Below, piece by piece: positions 28,169 to 42,898 of a DNA stretch of 64,000 nt. The stretch's first letter is position 1. Each line of letters begins with the position of its first letter. The stretch lies in the NCBI GenBank assembly GCA_951406725.2, contig OX597820.1, positions 10,230,001 through 10,294,000 of the forward strand, written 5' to 3'. The DNA comes from Octopus vulgaris. Its lineage: Eukaryota. The notes beneath the pieces are model-generated. The model searched no databases. It saw only the letters and a list, made by a program, of their open reading frames with translations, and was not told the DNA's origin. A program made the translations under genes and the position numbers.

Positions 28169-29415
28169 AATAACTATCGATGAATCTAACGGTGTCTGAG
28201 GTGCGCCTTAAAAACCAGGTAGCTGTCTTTATTGGTGCTAGGGCTCGACAGAAAAAAAAATAGTTTGCCGAGCAAATATATAGAAGTACGTTTGTAAGCT
28301 CTTTTAAATCTCGCAATCTTTGTTGCATATTCAGGCATACATCTATTCATTTCAAAGAGAAACACAAACCGTATTCTCAGATAATCAGACCAACGACTTT
28401 ACTAGTAAAACACGATCGTCAGAAATTAAAATCCTGAATATTTATTACCGTGCTTTTCACAATTGGCACTTTACTCTATTGGCATTTGATCAAATAGCCG
28501 AGCAATAGTTTCAGAAGCTACTTGGTGAATATTTATACAAGCAAATGTTGTAATAACTATATTCCAAATACAGTTATGGTTTGTAGCTAAAGGTTATAAA
28601 GTAATTCATTTTACGTGTCTGTGACTTAGTCAAATCTAATTAATCATCACATGAAACATATTTGATCTCGACTCCCTCAAACTATATACTAATGTCTGGT
28701 TAGTCTGAAACTCTATAATCGAATCTCTTCTATTTCTTATCGTACCTGTGTTGCTCGATGCAAAATGGATGAGCAAAACATACGTTTATTGTCTTTGTTT
28801 AACTTAGATAATGAAGAGATATGAACTAGCACTAACAGGTCAACAATATTTTCTTTGACATTTTCAATTCTGTGGATATTGTTAATGAAATATGCCTGAC
28901 GCCTGTCATTAGATGTCTTCACCGATTGTAAAATATGTCGAAGGAAATTTTGCCATTAATTTAACATTTATCCTATATAATCATGCTTTTGTTTTCGGAT
29001 ATGTGCTGTTGTTTCGCGCATGGATGTGTGTGTGATATGGACTTCACAGCAAGATTTAAACTTTGATATATCGATTCTCTGACACCAAGAACATTCTATG
29101 AATTAATCAGCGCTAATAGAATCTACGTATTCATTAGTAATTTGTTTAAGAACACGGCCATATTCTTTAACATGCACATAATACCATTTATCCGGTTCTT
29201 AGTAAATATCGAATTATCTATTTAACAACGTAAAACCTATCTCATTTCAGCATTTTCGGAAGCCTGGTGAAATTTGCTTGTTCGGTTAAATCAAGTGACA
29301 TTGGTCATATAAGTGGAAATGAATAATAACTAGCTGCATAAAGAGATATAGCTCATTGATTATTCTCTTTAATTTCTTTCGTTATCTGTCTATGTCTGTT
29401 TGTCTCTATCCATCC

Positions 29416-29481
<66 letters not shown>

Positions 29482-30073
29482 ATATACATATATATCTATC
29501 TATATATATACACATATATATATACATGCAAACACACACATATATAAGCTCACGTACGTGTGTAGTTATGTATATATATATTATATATATGCATGTAACT
29601 AATTACATACCTATATGTATATGTGTTTGTGTGTGCATGTGTGTATGTATATGTGTGTGTGTGTATGTATACTGTGTGTTTCAAAACCTGAAACCAGTGA
29701 AAGCGCTTACACAAACTCTTCCTTGCATCTGGGCTGTGCTAATCTACCTTTTAATGTAATCAATCAATTTTTAATTTAACAAATCCAATTTCAAATATGA
29801 CCCTATCAAGGACCTTTTGTAAACATTTTAAATACATATGTGCGCGCGCACACCCAAATCTCCACACCCACACTCACACCAAATACCCACACTCATGTTT
29901 GTTGGGACCAACAGGAAATTGAATATTGGACATTCGGATACGTCTATTCGATCAAATTACAGTCTCAAATACTCGTAACAAGATTAAGGTACTTTTCTTT
30001 GTTTAAATCTACTCTAATTTAACCCCTCTCTCTCTTTCTCTTTCCTTCTCCATGATCTCTCTTCTTGTATATG

Positions 30074-30117
<44 letters not shown>

Positions 30118-30119
<2 letters not shown>

Positions 30120-30527
30120 CGCAGGAGTGACTGTGTGGTAAGTAGCTTGCTAACCAACCACATGGTTCCGGGTTCAGTACCACTGCGTGGCATCTTGGGC
30201 AACTGTCTTCTGCTATAGCCCCGGTCCGACCAATGCCTTGTGAGTGGATTTGGTAGACGGAAACTGAAAGAAGCCTGTCGTATATATGTATATATATATA
30301 TGTGTGTGTGTGGGGGGGGTTGTGTGTCTGTATTTGTCCCCCTAGCATTGCTTGACAACCGATGCTGGTGTGTTTACGTCCCCGTCACCAAGCGGTTCGG
30401 CAAAAGAGACCGATAGAATAAGTACTGGGCTTACAAATAATAAATCCCGGGGTCGATTTGATCGACTAAAGGCGGTGCTCCAGCATGGCCGCAGTCAAAT
30501 GACTAAAACAAGTAAAAGAGTAAAAGA
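30118..30527 (+). mobile_element. SINE family A, young full-length copy
   Basis: GACGCAGGAGTGACTGTGTGGTAAG...GGTTCAGTACC...CTTGGGCAA...tail GTAAAAGAGTAAAAGAG. Confidence 0.9.
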
Positions 30528-30528
30528 G

Positions 30529-30561
<33 letters not shown>

Positions 30562-30811
30562 ATATATCTTTACATATATGTGTGTGTGTGTATACACATA
30601 TAGTCATACGTACATGCACACACACACACACAAGCGCATACACACATACATATACGTAAATTACGAACAATGAGAATGAGTGCTTTTGTTGATGTTGAAA
30701 TTCCAATGAAGGAACCTTGGATCTCGATTAGAAACCGTTTCTTTCTCTATTGGCAAGAAATCTTGAAATAAACTGAATAATGACATACATACATACGTGT
30801 CTGTGTGTGTA

Positions 30812-30844
<33 letters not shown>

Positions 30845-31244
30845 ATTTGTTCGGTTTTCTGCACCGCGTGACAACTGCCGTTTGTTTGCCTACGTACCAG
30901 TAACTTAATATTGTAGTAAAAGAGAACGGTAGAACCAACAACAAGCAAAAAAAAAAAAAAAAGAGAAATGTAGTACTGGGGGTCGATCCTTTCGGCTAAA
31001 ACCCTTTAAAACGGTACCCCAGCATGGCCGCAGTCTAATGAATTAAACAAGTAATTTTTTTTAAAAATATTTAAATCAACATGGGAAATATTTTCATCGT
31101 ACTTTTTAATACGTTTTTCCACAACTTTTGTCGATTGTTTATGAAATCTGAATGAATTTTGTCTCTTTCAGTCACGTGACGATGGAGTACTTTGTAGAAG
31201 AAAGCGAACGAATTTATATGACAATCCACTACATAATATAACAT

Positions 31245-31457
31245 TGGTTCAAACTTTAGCATAAGGCTAATAATTTCGGGGAGAAGCGAAGTCGATTACA
31301 TCAATCCCATTGCTCAACTGCTATTTATTTTATCGACCCCGAAAGGACGAAGCGCTAAGTCGACTTCGGCGGAATTTGAACTCAGACCGTAAAGACGGAC
31401 GAAATAACTCTAAGCATTTTGTCCAGCGTACTAACGATTCTGCCAGCTCGCCACTTA
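31245..31457 (-). mobile_element. SINE family B, diverged
   Basis: Body and head match the family. Confidence 0.75.
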
Positions 31458-31588
31458 ACACGAAATCTAATGTACGCATCGCATACGTATTTCGCCGTCT
31501 GTATTTACAAACATTGATTACGCCGTGTATCGAAACGCTTTGTGCGTATGTGTGAGTTTATATCTATGTAAGTAAATATAAATGTACG

Positions 31589-31757
<169 letters not shown>

Positions 31758-32852
31758 TCTATGTATACATATATATATACGTATATATATATATATACAT
31801 ATATATAGATGTATGTATACCACTGATACACGCTCACAGATATATACACAAATATATCTATATATATACATGCACGCACTCACTCACGCGTGCACACACA
31901 CACACATATATATATGTATTTCTAGCGATCATGCAAACATACAAACATATATATGTTTGTCTATAAATGTATATAAGTATCTGTCTGTCTCTGTGTCTCA
32001 CTCTCTCTCTCTCTCTACTCTCTCTCACTCTCTCTCTCTCTATATATATATATATATGTATATATTTGTAGGTATGTATATGTATGTATATGCAAAACGA
32101 AATAAAATTTCATATGCAATCCGGTTCTCTGTAAAATAAAACACGTTGAGATAAAAGACGAAGCCATTATTATCAATAAAACTATAAATAGATATTTTGA
32201 ATAAAGTTAATACTTTTATTGGAAGTGAGAGTACAAATGACATCCGAAATTGCTTCTCAGTTTTGTGGAAAAAATCTTGTTTGTTTTATTTTAACATATT
32301 TTATATATAAATTTATTATTCTTTTATTTGAAATTTCATTTTGTACTTTCTGAAACATAGATAAGGCAGTAATGTTTACTATGGCAGTTTATTGGAATAT
32401 TTTATCTTTAGTTATGTAGGGGAAAAAATCATTAGAAGTTTAGAAAATTTCTTCAAAAAGTTTAGAAAAAGAAGTAAAATGAATCTCTATTTTATTTTCG
32501 AAAGTATCTGACAACTATTTCTTTCATTCTTTTACTTCAAAAATGGATAAACAATTTCAAAATGTTTCCTATTTTTATGGTTTTTTACGTGTAGAAGTCC
32601 ATAATTTGTCTAGATACTGCAGACAAAATTACACGGACATAATATACGCAACACTTTCTTCCTCACTCTCCCTCTCTCTATTCCTTCCTCTCACTCTCTC
32701 TGTCTCTGCCTCTCTATCTGTCTCTCTCTCAGCACATACACACTTGCATACATGCATACATACATACACACATATATATAAATGATATATATCACTTCTC
32801 ATAGTTATCTCTATCGATTTTCTATAGAAACTAATATCATACACACACACAA

Positions 32853-32886
<34 letters not shown>

Positions 32887-33028
32887 GCATATAGATATAT
32901 ACATATATATGTATATCTACATAAATATATGTATGTATATATATATATACATATATATTATATATACAAATATTTATATATATATGAATGTATAATATAT
33001 ATGCTTATATGTATATATATATATACAT

Positions 33029-33074
<46 letters not shown>

Positions 33075-34472
33075 ACATATACACATATTATTTATTTATA
33101 TATATATATATATTTGCTTATATGTATGCATATGTATAAATATATATATTTTATATACATATGTGTGTGTGTGTGTATACACGTATAATTTTACAATATT
33201 GTTTGTGAATGATATTATATTACAATATATAATACAAACAGCAGCGTATTACATGACAAAGCCATCATAATATATTACCTAAATAATACAGATGTATGTT
33301 TGTATATTTTTCTTGTCTGTTTGTATGGCTGTATATCTGTTACGCCTTCCCCGTCCTCCTCGTCCACCCCTCTCTTCATACACACAATCACACCCACATG
33401 TACATACACACACATACACATACACGCACACACATACAGACATTGGTACGTATTTGTGCCACAGAATCTTAACTGTCATTCCAAGTTTATACCGGATATG
33501 TGCAAGGACGAATGTATATAAATTTATGAGTTTGCAGAGTGATTTTCTTACGCATACACTCGCATAAACACATTCAATCACACACACATACGCATACTCG
33601 AACGCATACATATATTAAAATTACAATGCTGTAGTTTTTCGTGAAATAAAAACGAGCTTGTCACGAGAGTACTCTAATTTGCAACAAACAAACCGAAATA
33701 AACGCATTTAAATATGTATGTTGTCATATGTACAATAGGCAACAACAAAATCTTTATTGGTAAACATTAAAAAGAATCAAAATAGCTTCAAGAATTATAT
33801 AAAATATTCCGTCTGTTTACTGCGCTCGTCACGTGGCTGTGGCGGTGTGGTAAGAAGGTTGTTTCCCGCGCATGCGTTGTTGTCAGTATTGTTTGTACCA
33901 CTGAAAGAAGTAGCTACGCTGGTGTACAGCTGGTGAAATATTGATTAAAAGAGCTCAACTGTAAGGTAAGACTTTTGTTTTTTGGGTCCAGTGGGGGTTT
34001 GTTGTTTACTGTAATTATTTTTGTACAAACAAGAAGTCCTCACTGGATTCTGAACTCTGGTCTACCTGCAGTTGTGCAAAATTGGTTCACGTTAAGTGAA
34101 TAGTTTTTCTCAATTAATTGTGAGAATTGTTGTTTTGGGGGCGTATCTCGCCTCAAGAAATTTGATGACTTTAAATGAATATTTTTCTTTTCAAATAATT
34201 CAGAGAATTCTCCGAAGATAGAATAACTTCTTTACCAAATTTTGTGGAAGTTGTGTTCCAGTAGCGGCGTTCCGGGTTCGAATTTGATAACAAAGTAGGC
34301 CTGGATTACCTAATGCCCAGAATTTTTGCTTGTTGTGTTTTTTGAACTGTGACTGTTTTCTTTCCTTCTTCTATCTTTATTGTTGTGACTTTCTTTTGAT
34401 CTATTTTTTTCACTTCTTTCTTTGAATTTTTATCTTGAACTGTTTTGAAATTTTTATTACAAAAAAGAAAAC

Positions 34473-35200
34473 ATGGCAAAGAAAAAGAACAATGTTTTGG
34501 AGTGGGAAATTGTCCCACCCAAACAGTGAATGAAAGACTTTGAAGAGAAGACGGTGGTGTTGAGAACCTACGCCAAGTCCTTCGACACCATCACCCTATT
34601 TCAAAAGACTGTTATTGAAAGGGTGTTGGCAGAGTATCTGCCAACTATTAAATTTATCTCCAGGGGAGTCAAATATGCAAAGGTGTGTTTGCTATTTGAC
34701 ACCCTCCTCCGGTCACGGAGGAAACGCACGCTCCCTCAGTTGAGAAGAAAAAGGAGGAAGAGGAAGAGAAACGGGACATTGCCGGCAGTCAGTGACATAG
34801 TAACGGAATGTCCCGGAACCTCGTCGGTAGGGCTTGTGCCACCAGCAGGAGAAGAGACACCGTCGGTGGGAATTGTGCCGCCGACGGTAGAAGTGACTAC
34901 CTCGTCCCTGGAGGAAGACGAATTATTGGTCTTCTTCTACAGAGGCGGAGAGGTGGAGAAGGTGTTGGAAAAGCACCATAAGGGAGTACCTTTAGCCTGC
35001 ACACGGGATCCCGAATGGCCTCCGTAGATAGCTGTGGAGGTCATAACGTTGCTCGTGTTGCGTAAGTTGGAGGGACTCAATGAGGAATATCGCTTGTGGC
35101 TGGGTGACGCCGACACGGCACCCGCTTTGTGCTTGATTGAGGCGTAGGTGATGGCGGAGTACGGGGTCACAAGCGATGTTGGACAGGAATATGAATAAGA
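34473..35200 (+). pseudogene. Disrupted ORF, probably a retroelement ORF1 remnant
   Basis: MAKKKNNVLEWEIVPPKQ* is in frame with the 165-aa ORF 34530-35027. The region has coding-like GC content and a basic RRKRRKRKR patch, but no diagnostic domain is visible. Confidence 0.4.
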
Positions 35201-35224
35201 GGTTGAAAAGCCTCAGTGTTATTG

Positions 35225-35578
35225 AAAGTTCATTGTACTTCTCGAGATTTTTGCTCCGACAATTATTGGTACTACTGCTACCTTTTTCATCGACCACAAC
35301 TACTTAACTTCCCAAGCTAACCTGTCATATCTCTCAGCTTTTCTTTCTTCCTTATCGCATACCTTGTTGTCAGCTGGGCATGCTATATCTACGATCCAGC
35401 ATAGTTTGTTTTCTTTCTCAGTTAAGACTATGCCTCGCTTCCTATTCTCTATCTCATGGTGGCACTGAATAATAAAATCCCATGGGATCTTTACATTTCT
35501 ATTTACGACAATGCCTTCAGGTTTATGGTCGTACCAGTTTTTTGCTCCGTCAAGTCCATACTTGTTCCAACGTGTCTA
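35225..35578 (-). pseudogene. R4/Dong-type non-LTR retrotransposon, REL endonuclease remnant
   Basis: Minus strand translates KYGLDGAKNWYDHKPEGIVVNRNVKIPWDFIIQCHHEIENRKRGIVLTEKENKLCWIVDIACPADNKVCDKEERKAERYDRLAWEVK*LWSMKKVAVVPIIVGA, matching the WDF..(PD)IV..D..P.D..KE.EK..KY REL pattern. Its 5' break abuts (ATT)n. Confidence 0.85.
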
Positions 35579-35650
<72 letters not shown>

Positions 35651-35744
35651 ATTATTATTATTGTTATTATTATTATTATCATTTCATGATTCCGAGGACT
35701 GATAAGGTCAGAACGTAACGTTTATAAGTGAATGACAGCATGTC

Positions 35745-35940
35745 CCCTTCCGTGAATGGGATGTTGGTCTGTTGCAGAGCGAACGTCCCAGTTATTGCTT
35801 AAACCCATTTTCAGCTGAGTAGACTGGAGCAACATGAAATGAAGTGTTTTGTTCAAGAACACATCAGTCCGATTTGGGAATCAAAATCATGACCACGCTG
35901 CTGTGAGCACAAAACCCTAAACCAATAGGCCACACACAGC
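35745..35940 (-). mobile_element. SINE family C, diverged
   Basis: CAGCTGAGTAGACTGGAGCAACATGAAATGAAGTG block is shared with the 1696-1943 copy. Confidence 0.7.
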
Positions 35941-36077
35941 ACTGGTATTATTAGACGTAGATACATTGTGTTTGATAAAACAAAACAAAATAAAATGCTA
36001 TGGAATGTCTTTTAGCATAGGATTGATCGATCAGAACCGAATAACGACCACTACGACCACAAACATCACCACCAACG

Positions 36078-36149
<72 letters not shown>

Positions 36150-36639
36150 TTACTACTACTACTACTGGCACATACGAATGAAAATGTTTGGTGTCGTGTG
36201 ATCGTAGTTTTGAAATAGATGCTACGAAAATAATGTCTTTTTATCTATTGATGTGAAGAGGTATGGAATTTATGATACAATCAATTATCTGTTGCTGTGA
36301 TATTAAAATTAAGGATGTAACAGCCATGTTGATATCATAACAAATTACAAACCACCTTTAATCTTTTGTTGTCTTACAGTTACCAGGTTACAATATAATG
36401 ATAATAAAAAACAATATTAATAATTGCCTAATACAATTCAATTTTAGGATTTTTTCTTTGGCAACTACGGGAAGGTAACTCTGGATATGTTTCGCTATTA
36501 GTTGAGCTCCTCAGCGCTGTATGGTCTTTACTGTATTTGACGTAGTGACGAGAGAGTTATGAAGTGTATGTTAAATAATATATACCTTGCAGGTGTATAT
36601 TAAAAACTGGAAATATTTAATCAATAGATTCCTCTGACA

Positions 36640-37500
36640 CGGAGGTATAGTAGTGGCTGTGTTGTAAGTAGCTTGCTTACCAACCATATGGTTCCGGGTT
36701 CAGTCCCACTGCGTGGCACTTTGAGCTAGTTTCATCTACTACAGCCTTGGGTCCACCAAAGCCTTGTGAGTGAATTTGGTAGACGGAAACTGAAAGAAGA
36801 CCGTCGTATGTATGTGTGTATGTATGTGTTTGTGTGTCTGTGTTTGTCTCTCCAACAACGCTTGACAACCGATGGTGGTGTGTTTACGTCCCCGTAACTT
36901 AGTGGTTCGGCAAAAGAGACCGATAGAATAAGTACTAGGCTTACAAAGAATAAGTCTTGGGGTTTGATATGCTCGACTACAGGCGGTGCTCCAGTATGGC
37001 CACAGTCGGAAACAAGTAAAAGATAAAAGACACACTTAAGAAATATTTTATGCAGAAAGCGTCAAATAAACTAATTAAGGGCAGACATGGCTGTGCGGTT
37101 AAGAAGCTTGCTTTGCAGCCGTGTGGTTTCTAGTTCAGTTCCCCAGCACGAGACCTCGGGCGCCTTCTATTATAAACTTTGTGATTGAGCTTGGCAGGTG
37201 GAAACTGTGTGGAAGCCCACGTATGCATATGTATATATATATGTGTGCGTGTATGTATGTATGTATGTATGCATGCATTTATGCGTGTGTGTGTGTATGT
37301 GTGTGTCAATGTGTATGTAATTGTGTTTGTATTTATTCCTCACACCATGATCTGACAACTGGTGTTAGCTTGTTCCCGTTCCCATAACATGCTGTTTCGA
37401 CAAAAGTTACAGACGGAATAAATACTAGATTTAAAAACAAATAAACCCATGCAGGCAGTGCCACAACATGGTCGCAGTCCAATGATTGAAGCGAGTATAA
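36640..37500 (+). mobile_element. Two tandem SINE A copies (36640-37030 and older 37078-37500)
   Basis: Two heads and two tails match the consensus. Confidence 0.8.
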
Positions 37501-38070
37501 TATTATGCTTTCCATTTGGTAGGATTGGAAGGCTTTTATCTCTTACGATCTTCTGCTCATGGGCAAAACCATCAATTCTTGTGTGTACTGCGACGAGCTA
37601 AAATCTGGCAGGTCACAGACAAATTCAACGCAGCGATCCACCAGAAGTTTCTAGTACTTTCTAATCGTAAAAGCATTGCCTTTCATCACGTCAATGCCAG
37701 ACCCTGCACACTTCTTTGCAGACATGACAAAAGTTATTGGGACCTGGCTGGAAAGTTTTATCCCACCTTCTAAATTTGCCTGATTTTGCACCTTCAGGTT
37801 TCTACCTTTTTCAGGCTCTTTAAAATTCATTGAATAGACAAAGCTTCAAGTCTGATGAGGATGTAAAAATTCACCTGGAAGCGATTTTCGCCAGTAAAGA
37901 CAGCAAATTTTTAAGCAGAAAGTAAAACACCTGTCCACAAGATGGCCGAATATACTGAAACGAAACGGTAATTATATCATTTATTGTATAAATTACTTTG
38001 TGTATAAAACTTGTGTCTTGTTTTCACTATATAAAAAACAAACTAAACGGTTGTTTGGTTAAACCCAGTA
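37500..38070 (+). mobile_element. Decayed mariner (Tc1/mariner) transposon, 3' half
   Basis: IMLSIW*DWK, FHHVNARP (HDNARP), GWKVLSHLLNLPDFAPSGFYLFQAL (YSPDLAPSD), LSTRWPNILKRNGNYI; ends AACCCAGTA like a mariner TIR plus TA. Confidence 0.85.
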
Positions 38071-38911
38071 TGTGTGTGTTGTTATGCATTTATGTATGTA
38101 TATATACATATACATTTAAATGCAAGTGTATGTATGAATGTATTTTATAGATGCATGTACGTATGTTAAAGAGAATATTTAATAACTGTCAACACAGCCA
38201 AGAAAGCGGGAGGAAAACGAAAAACCCAGCAATCTCGTAGTCTTAAATTCCATCAGGATATGTCAAATGGATCGCGCTAGGTGAAGGGGCGTCTTCCAGA
38301 AATTCTCTGTTTTTCTTTCTTTTTTCTTTATATTTAATCACATCGTTTAGTTTCGCTTGTTGTTTTTCTTCTTTTTCTTTCATTCGTTTTTCCAATAAAC
38401 TCCTTTTTCGTTTGCGTATTTCTTTCTCATTTCTCTCTTGTTTCTTTTCCTTATCTGTCACCCCACCATTTTCGTCACTTTTTATATATCTTATTATTTT
38501 TATTTCATTCGGTTAATTGTTTACCCCCACCCCCCACTCCACCTACAGGCACCATTGTTTTACGCGCTCCCGCCGCCTTTGGTAATTTCTTTTCCCTTTG
38601 TTTCTCTGTCACTCGCAATATTCACAGCCTCCATACAAACACAGAAGCACAAACCCAGTCACAAACACGCATCATTCTTTTTCTATTTCTCTGACTCTAT
38701 TTTTTTTATTAATCTGTCAATGATCTCCTGAACCTATTCATATAATGTCATCGTCACAGATTCATAACCATTCCCAGACAACCAGTCAATATTTTCTGGC
38801 CAAATCCGAAGACAACTTATTTATAGGAAATTTATGTTGGAAATATATTAAAAAAAAACCCAACCTTGTCTTGTCCTAGAGAATGGACTATCATAAAATA
38901 TATAAGTATTA

Positions 38912-39305
38912 AGGCGCCTGTGGTAAGTAGCTTGCTAACCAACCACATGGTTCCGGGTTCAGTCCCTCTGCGTGGCATCTTGGGCAAGTGTCTTCTGCTA
39001 TAGCCCCGGGCTGACCAATGCCTTGTGAGTGGATTTGGTAGACGGAAATTGAAAGAAGCCCGTCGTATATATGTATATATATATGTGTATGTGTGTGTAT
39101 TTGTGTGTCTGTGTTTGTCCCCCTAGCATTGCTTGACAACCGATGCTGGTGTGTTTATGTCCCCGTTACTTAGCGGTTCGGCAAAAGAGACCGATAGAAT
39201 AAGTACTGGGCTTACAAAAGAATAAGTCCCGGGGTCGAGTTGCTCGATTAAAGGTGGTGCTCCAGCATGGCTCCAGTCAAATGACTGAAACAAGTAAAAT
39301 AGTAA
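38912..39305 (+). mobile_element. SINE family A
   Basis: Close match to the consensus. Confidence 0.9.
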
Positions 39306-40577
39306 AATAGAAAAATAGTAAATATTGGACAAAATGCGTAGCGGCATTTCTTCTGACTTATTACGTCCCTGGTTCAAATCCAGGCCAGGTCCACCTTGCC
39401 TTTCATTCTTTTGAGCTCAGTAAAATAATTACCGATCGACTAGCACCTCACTGCACAAAATCTTCAGGCTTTGCACATACAAGAAAATGAATATGTACGT
39501 GTGATTTAAAAACATTTCACTGAAGGAGGACAAAAGAACAAACGAAGAAATTACGCACAAGACATGGACATACTCATCCCTCATCAATTATCATTCAAAT
39601 ATCATTAAAATTTCGATCCTTGAATGAAAATATTGTACATTTTGATGGCATTAACAGCAAAACGTGAGCGAACGTGAAGGAGGGTGATGAAAACTAACAA
39701 AAGGTGTGAAAATAAGGCAGGATTTAATGGAAAACGACACATGTAGATGGTGCCTATATGAATAATATAGATACAAATAAAGGACTTGGGGCTATGAGAC
39801 AGTATTAAGACAAGGCATGTGTAAAAGTAACGCTAATGAAAAATGTGTCCCATAGGACATGAAAAGGGAAAGGAAGATAGAAAGAAAGATGGAAGGATAG
39901 AAGATATAGCAAGAAAGATATAAAAGAAAGATGAAAAATAAGGTGAACCGGGGGTTAAGGTAGATGCTAAGGTAAGATATATGTATATATAATGAATAGT
40001 GTAATAAATAAAATATATGCATACATACAAACATATATGTACGTACTGACATCTGCATGTATATATACATGCATATATAAATATATATACGTACAGGACA
40101 CCACAAAAAGAAATAAAATTCAACAGAAACGAAAACGGAAAAACCATTTTGTTACAACAGAAGGATTGAGACGTGGAACAGGACGAAAACGAAAACAGGA
40201 GAAACATTATGTACAGCAGAAAAACGAGGTACAGGACATGGTACACAAGGAAAAATCCCCTTCATCGGCTGTCACTAGCAGACATAGCGTTTTTCGAAGG
40301 CAAGACAGTTCGTTTGAATTTTCGATTTTTCGAATTTTCACTTCGTTCCATCTCTTTCCTCCTAGTTTGTTTTATATATAATGAATGTCGCTTGCGGGTG
40401 GGATACTTTACAGCTGGTTGTGTTGCATCCATCAGTGTAGACTGCACTCAACGGGCGTCTTATTTTAAATAAGATACTTCGCTAAATACACTCGGTGTAC
40501 TTTTAATCATATAAAAGCCCAAATAATTACACACACACACACACACACACACACAACTCATATTTACAGAAAACAAA

Positions 40578-41058
40578 AGACGAAATACCTATTTCTTTAT
40601 TACCCACAAGGGGCCAAACATAGAGGGGACAAACAAGGACAGACATAGGTATTAAGTCGATTACATCGACCCCAGTGCGTAACTGGTACTTAATTTATCG
40701 ACCCCGAAGGGATGAAAGCTAAAGTCGACCTCGGCGGAACTTGAACTCACAACGTAACGGCAGACGAAATACCGCAAAGCATTTCGCCCGGCGTGCTAAC
40801 GTTTCTGCCAGCTCGCCGCCTTAAATACCTATTTCTTTACTACCCATAAGGGGCTAAACACAGAGGGGACAAAGAAGGACAGACAAACGGATTAAGTCGA
40901 TTATATCGACCCCAGTGCGTAACTGGTACTTATTTAATCGACCCCGAAAGGATGAAAGGCAAAGTCGACCTCGGCGGAATTTGAACGCAGAACGTAACGC
41001 AGACGAAATACCGCTAAGCATTTCGCCCGACGTGCTAACGTTTCTGCCAGCTCGCCGC
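40578..41058 (-). mobile_element. Two head-to-tail full SINE B monomers
   Basis: Two CCAGCTCGCCGC heads (about 40820 and 41058), each with a full tail. Confidence 0.9.
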
Positions 41059-41519
41059 AGACGAATACTGGTTGTTGTAACAACAAGTAGATGTATTATT
41101 TCAATCACAAGGCAGTGGTTGGCCCATGCCTTGCGCGTGATATTTTCTTTTGTCACCCTTCAGTGAAATGGAAAATTCTTTTACACTTCGATCCTGCATT
41201 CTTCGACAGGAAAGGTTAAGAGGAAAAAACGGGCTCCTATACACTTTCCATCTTCCAAATTCAATCACAAGGCACTGGTTGGCCCGGGGTTTGCCAAAGG
41301 TGTCACGCAATAGGAATGAACTGAAAGCCACGTGGCTGCGCAGTGAACTTCTAAAAGACGTAACTATACTGCGCATATAAATAGATGAAAAAAAATCGTT
41401 TTAAAATTTAAATTTTAAAGTGGCTGAAAGAAGGAAACAGTAATCAGAGAGGACAAATCCAACCAAAAGGGAGGGAACTGAGGTAATGAAGGTGTCGAGG
41501 AATGATCTCTTTCTCTTTT

Positions 41520-41925
41520 TACTCTTTTCTCGTTTCAGCCATTTGAGTGTGGCCATGCTGGAGCACCGCCAGTAGTCGAGCAAATCGACCCCAGGACTTA
41601 TTCTTTGTAAGCCCAGTACTTATTCTATCGGTCTCTTTTACCGAACCGCTAAGTTACGGGGACGTAAACACACCAGCATCGATTTTCAAGCGATGTTGGG
41701 GGGGGGGGACAAACACAGACACACAAACATATACACATACATGCATATATATACATAGATACGACGTGCTTCTTTCAGTTGCCTTCTACCAAATCCACTC
41801 ACAAGGCTTTGGTCGGCCCGTGGCTATAGTAGAAGAAACTTGCCCAAGGTGCCACGTAGTGTGGCCGAACCCGGAACCATGTGGTCGGTAAGCAAGCTAC
41901 TTACCACACAGCCACTCCTGCACCT
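41520..41925 (-). mobile_element. SINE family A
   Basis: Match to the consensus. Confidence 0.9.
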
Positions 41926-42489
41926 AATTAAACTTCCCTACCTTAATTAAAGTTATAAGAAGGGAGTGTCTTGTTTCTAGGGAACCGTGGAAGTAAATAA
42001 TTCTGAAAGAAAGGAAAGTAAGGTGTGAGTGTCATAAGAGAGACAAATGTGAAGGTAGTGGGTGAAGTATAAAAACTGCCACCGTTGTCTACGTTTGTTT
42101 TTATCTTGGGTAAATGTCGGACAGTTAACACGGTAAATTTAATTTACAATTTAAATGAACAAATTCGATTCGTAACTAAGTCGTAATGTCCTGGAGGTTT
42201 GGTTTTACATAATTAAGTCATAAATATATATTTAGATACTAATGGAGTTATATTAATGTTTAATGATTATTCATATTAGAAAAATAAGTAGTTATGTAGT
42301 AAACTTTAAAAAAAGCTAAAGAAGTCGATTTCACTGAGCATAAATATTATATAAGCTGTCAAAATATATTTTGAGTTTAGAATATTTTAAAAAAATACTG
42401 TTAATTCAATTGTGGAAATGATTGACAGAATGAAACTAACGTTGGAAATGTTCAAAAGATCCGTATTCTTTTATTCTCTTATTCTTTTA

Positions 42490-42698
42490 GTCTTTTATTT
42501 GGTTCAGTCATTTGACTGCAGCCATACTGGAGCACCAGCATTAGTCGAGAAAATTGGCCCCAGGACTTATTCCTTGTAAGCGTAGTACTTATTCTATCGG
42601 TATCCTTTGCCGAACCGCTAAGTTACGGGGACGTAAACACACCAGCATCGGTTGTCAAGCGAAGGTGGGGGACAAACCCAGACACACAGACACAAACG

Positions 42699-42729
<31 letters not shown>

Positions 42730-42898
42730 TTATATACGACAATCTTCTTTCAGTTTCCATCTACCAAAACCACTCACAAGGCTTTGGTCGGCCTGAAGCT
42801 ATAGTAGAAGACACTAGCCCAAGGTGCCATAGAGTGGGACTGAACCCGGAACTATGTGGTTGGTAAGTAAGCTTCTTACCACACAGCCACCTCTGCGA
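42490..42898 (-). mobile_element. SINE family A
   Basis: Match to the consensus. Confidence 0.9.

Noticed and set aside
30661-30785. CCAATGAAGG..AGAAACCG hammerhead-like remnant
   Set aside because: Core too degenerate to call.
31171-31180. Perfect GTCACGTGAC E-box palindrome
   Set aside because: Isolated short motif with no supporting promoter context.
39833-40246. Minus-strand ORF with a signal-peptide-like start
   Set aside because: Begins at GTG just after a stop; hydrophobicity reflects T-rich composition.
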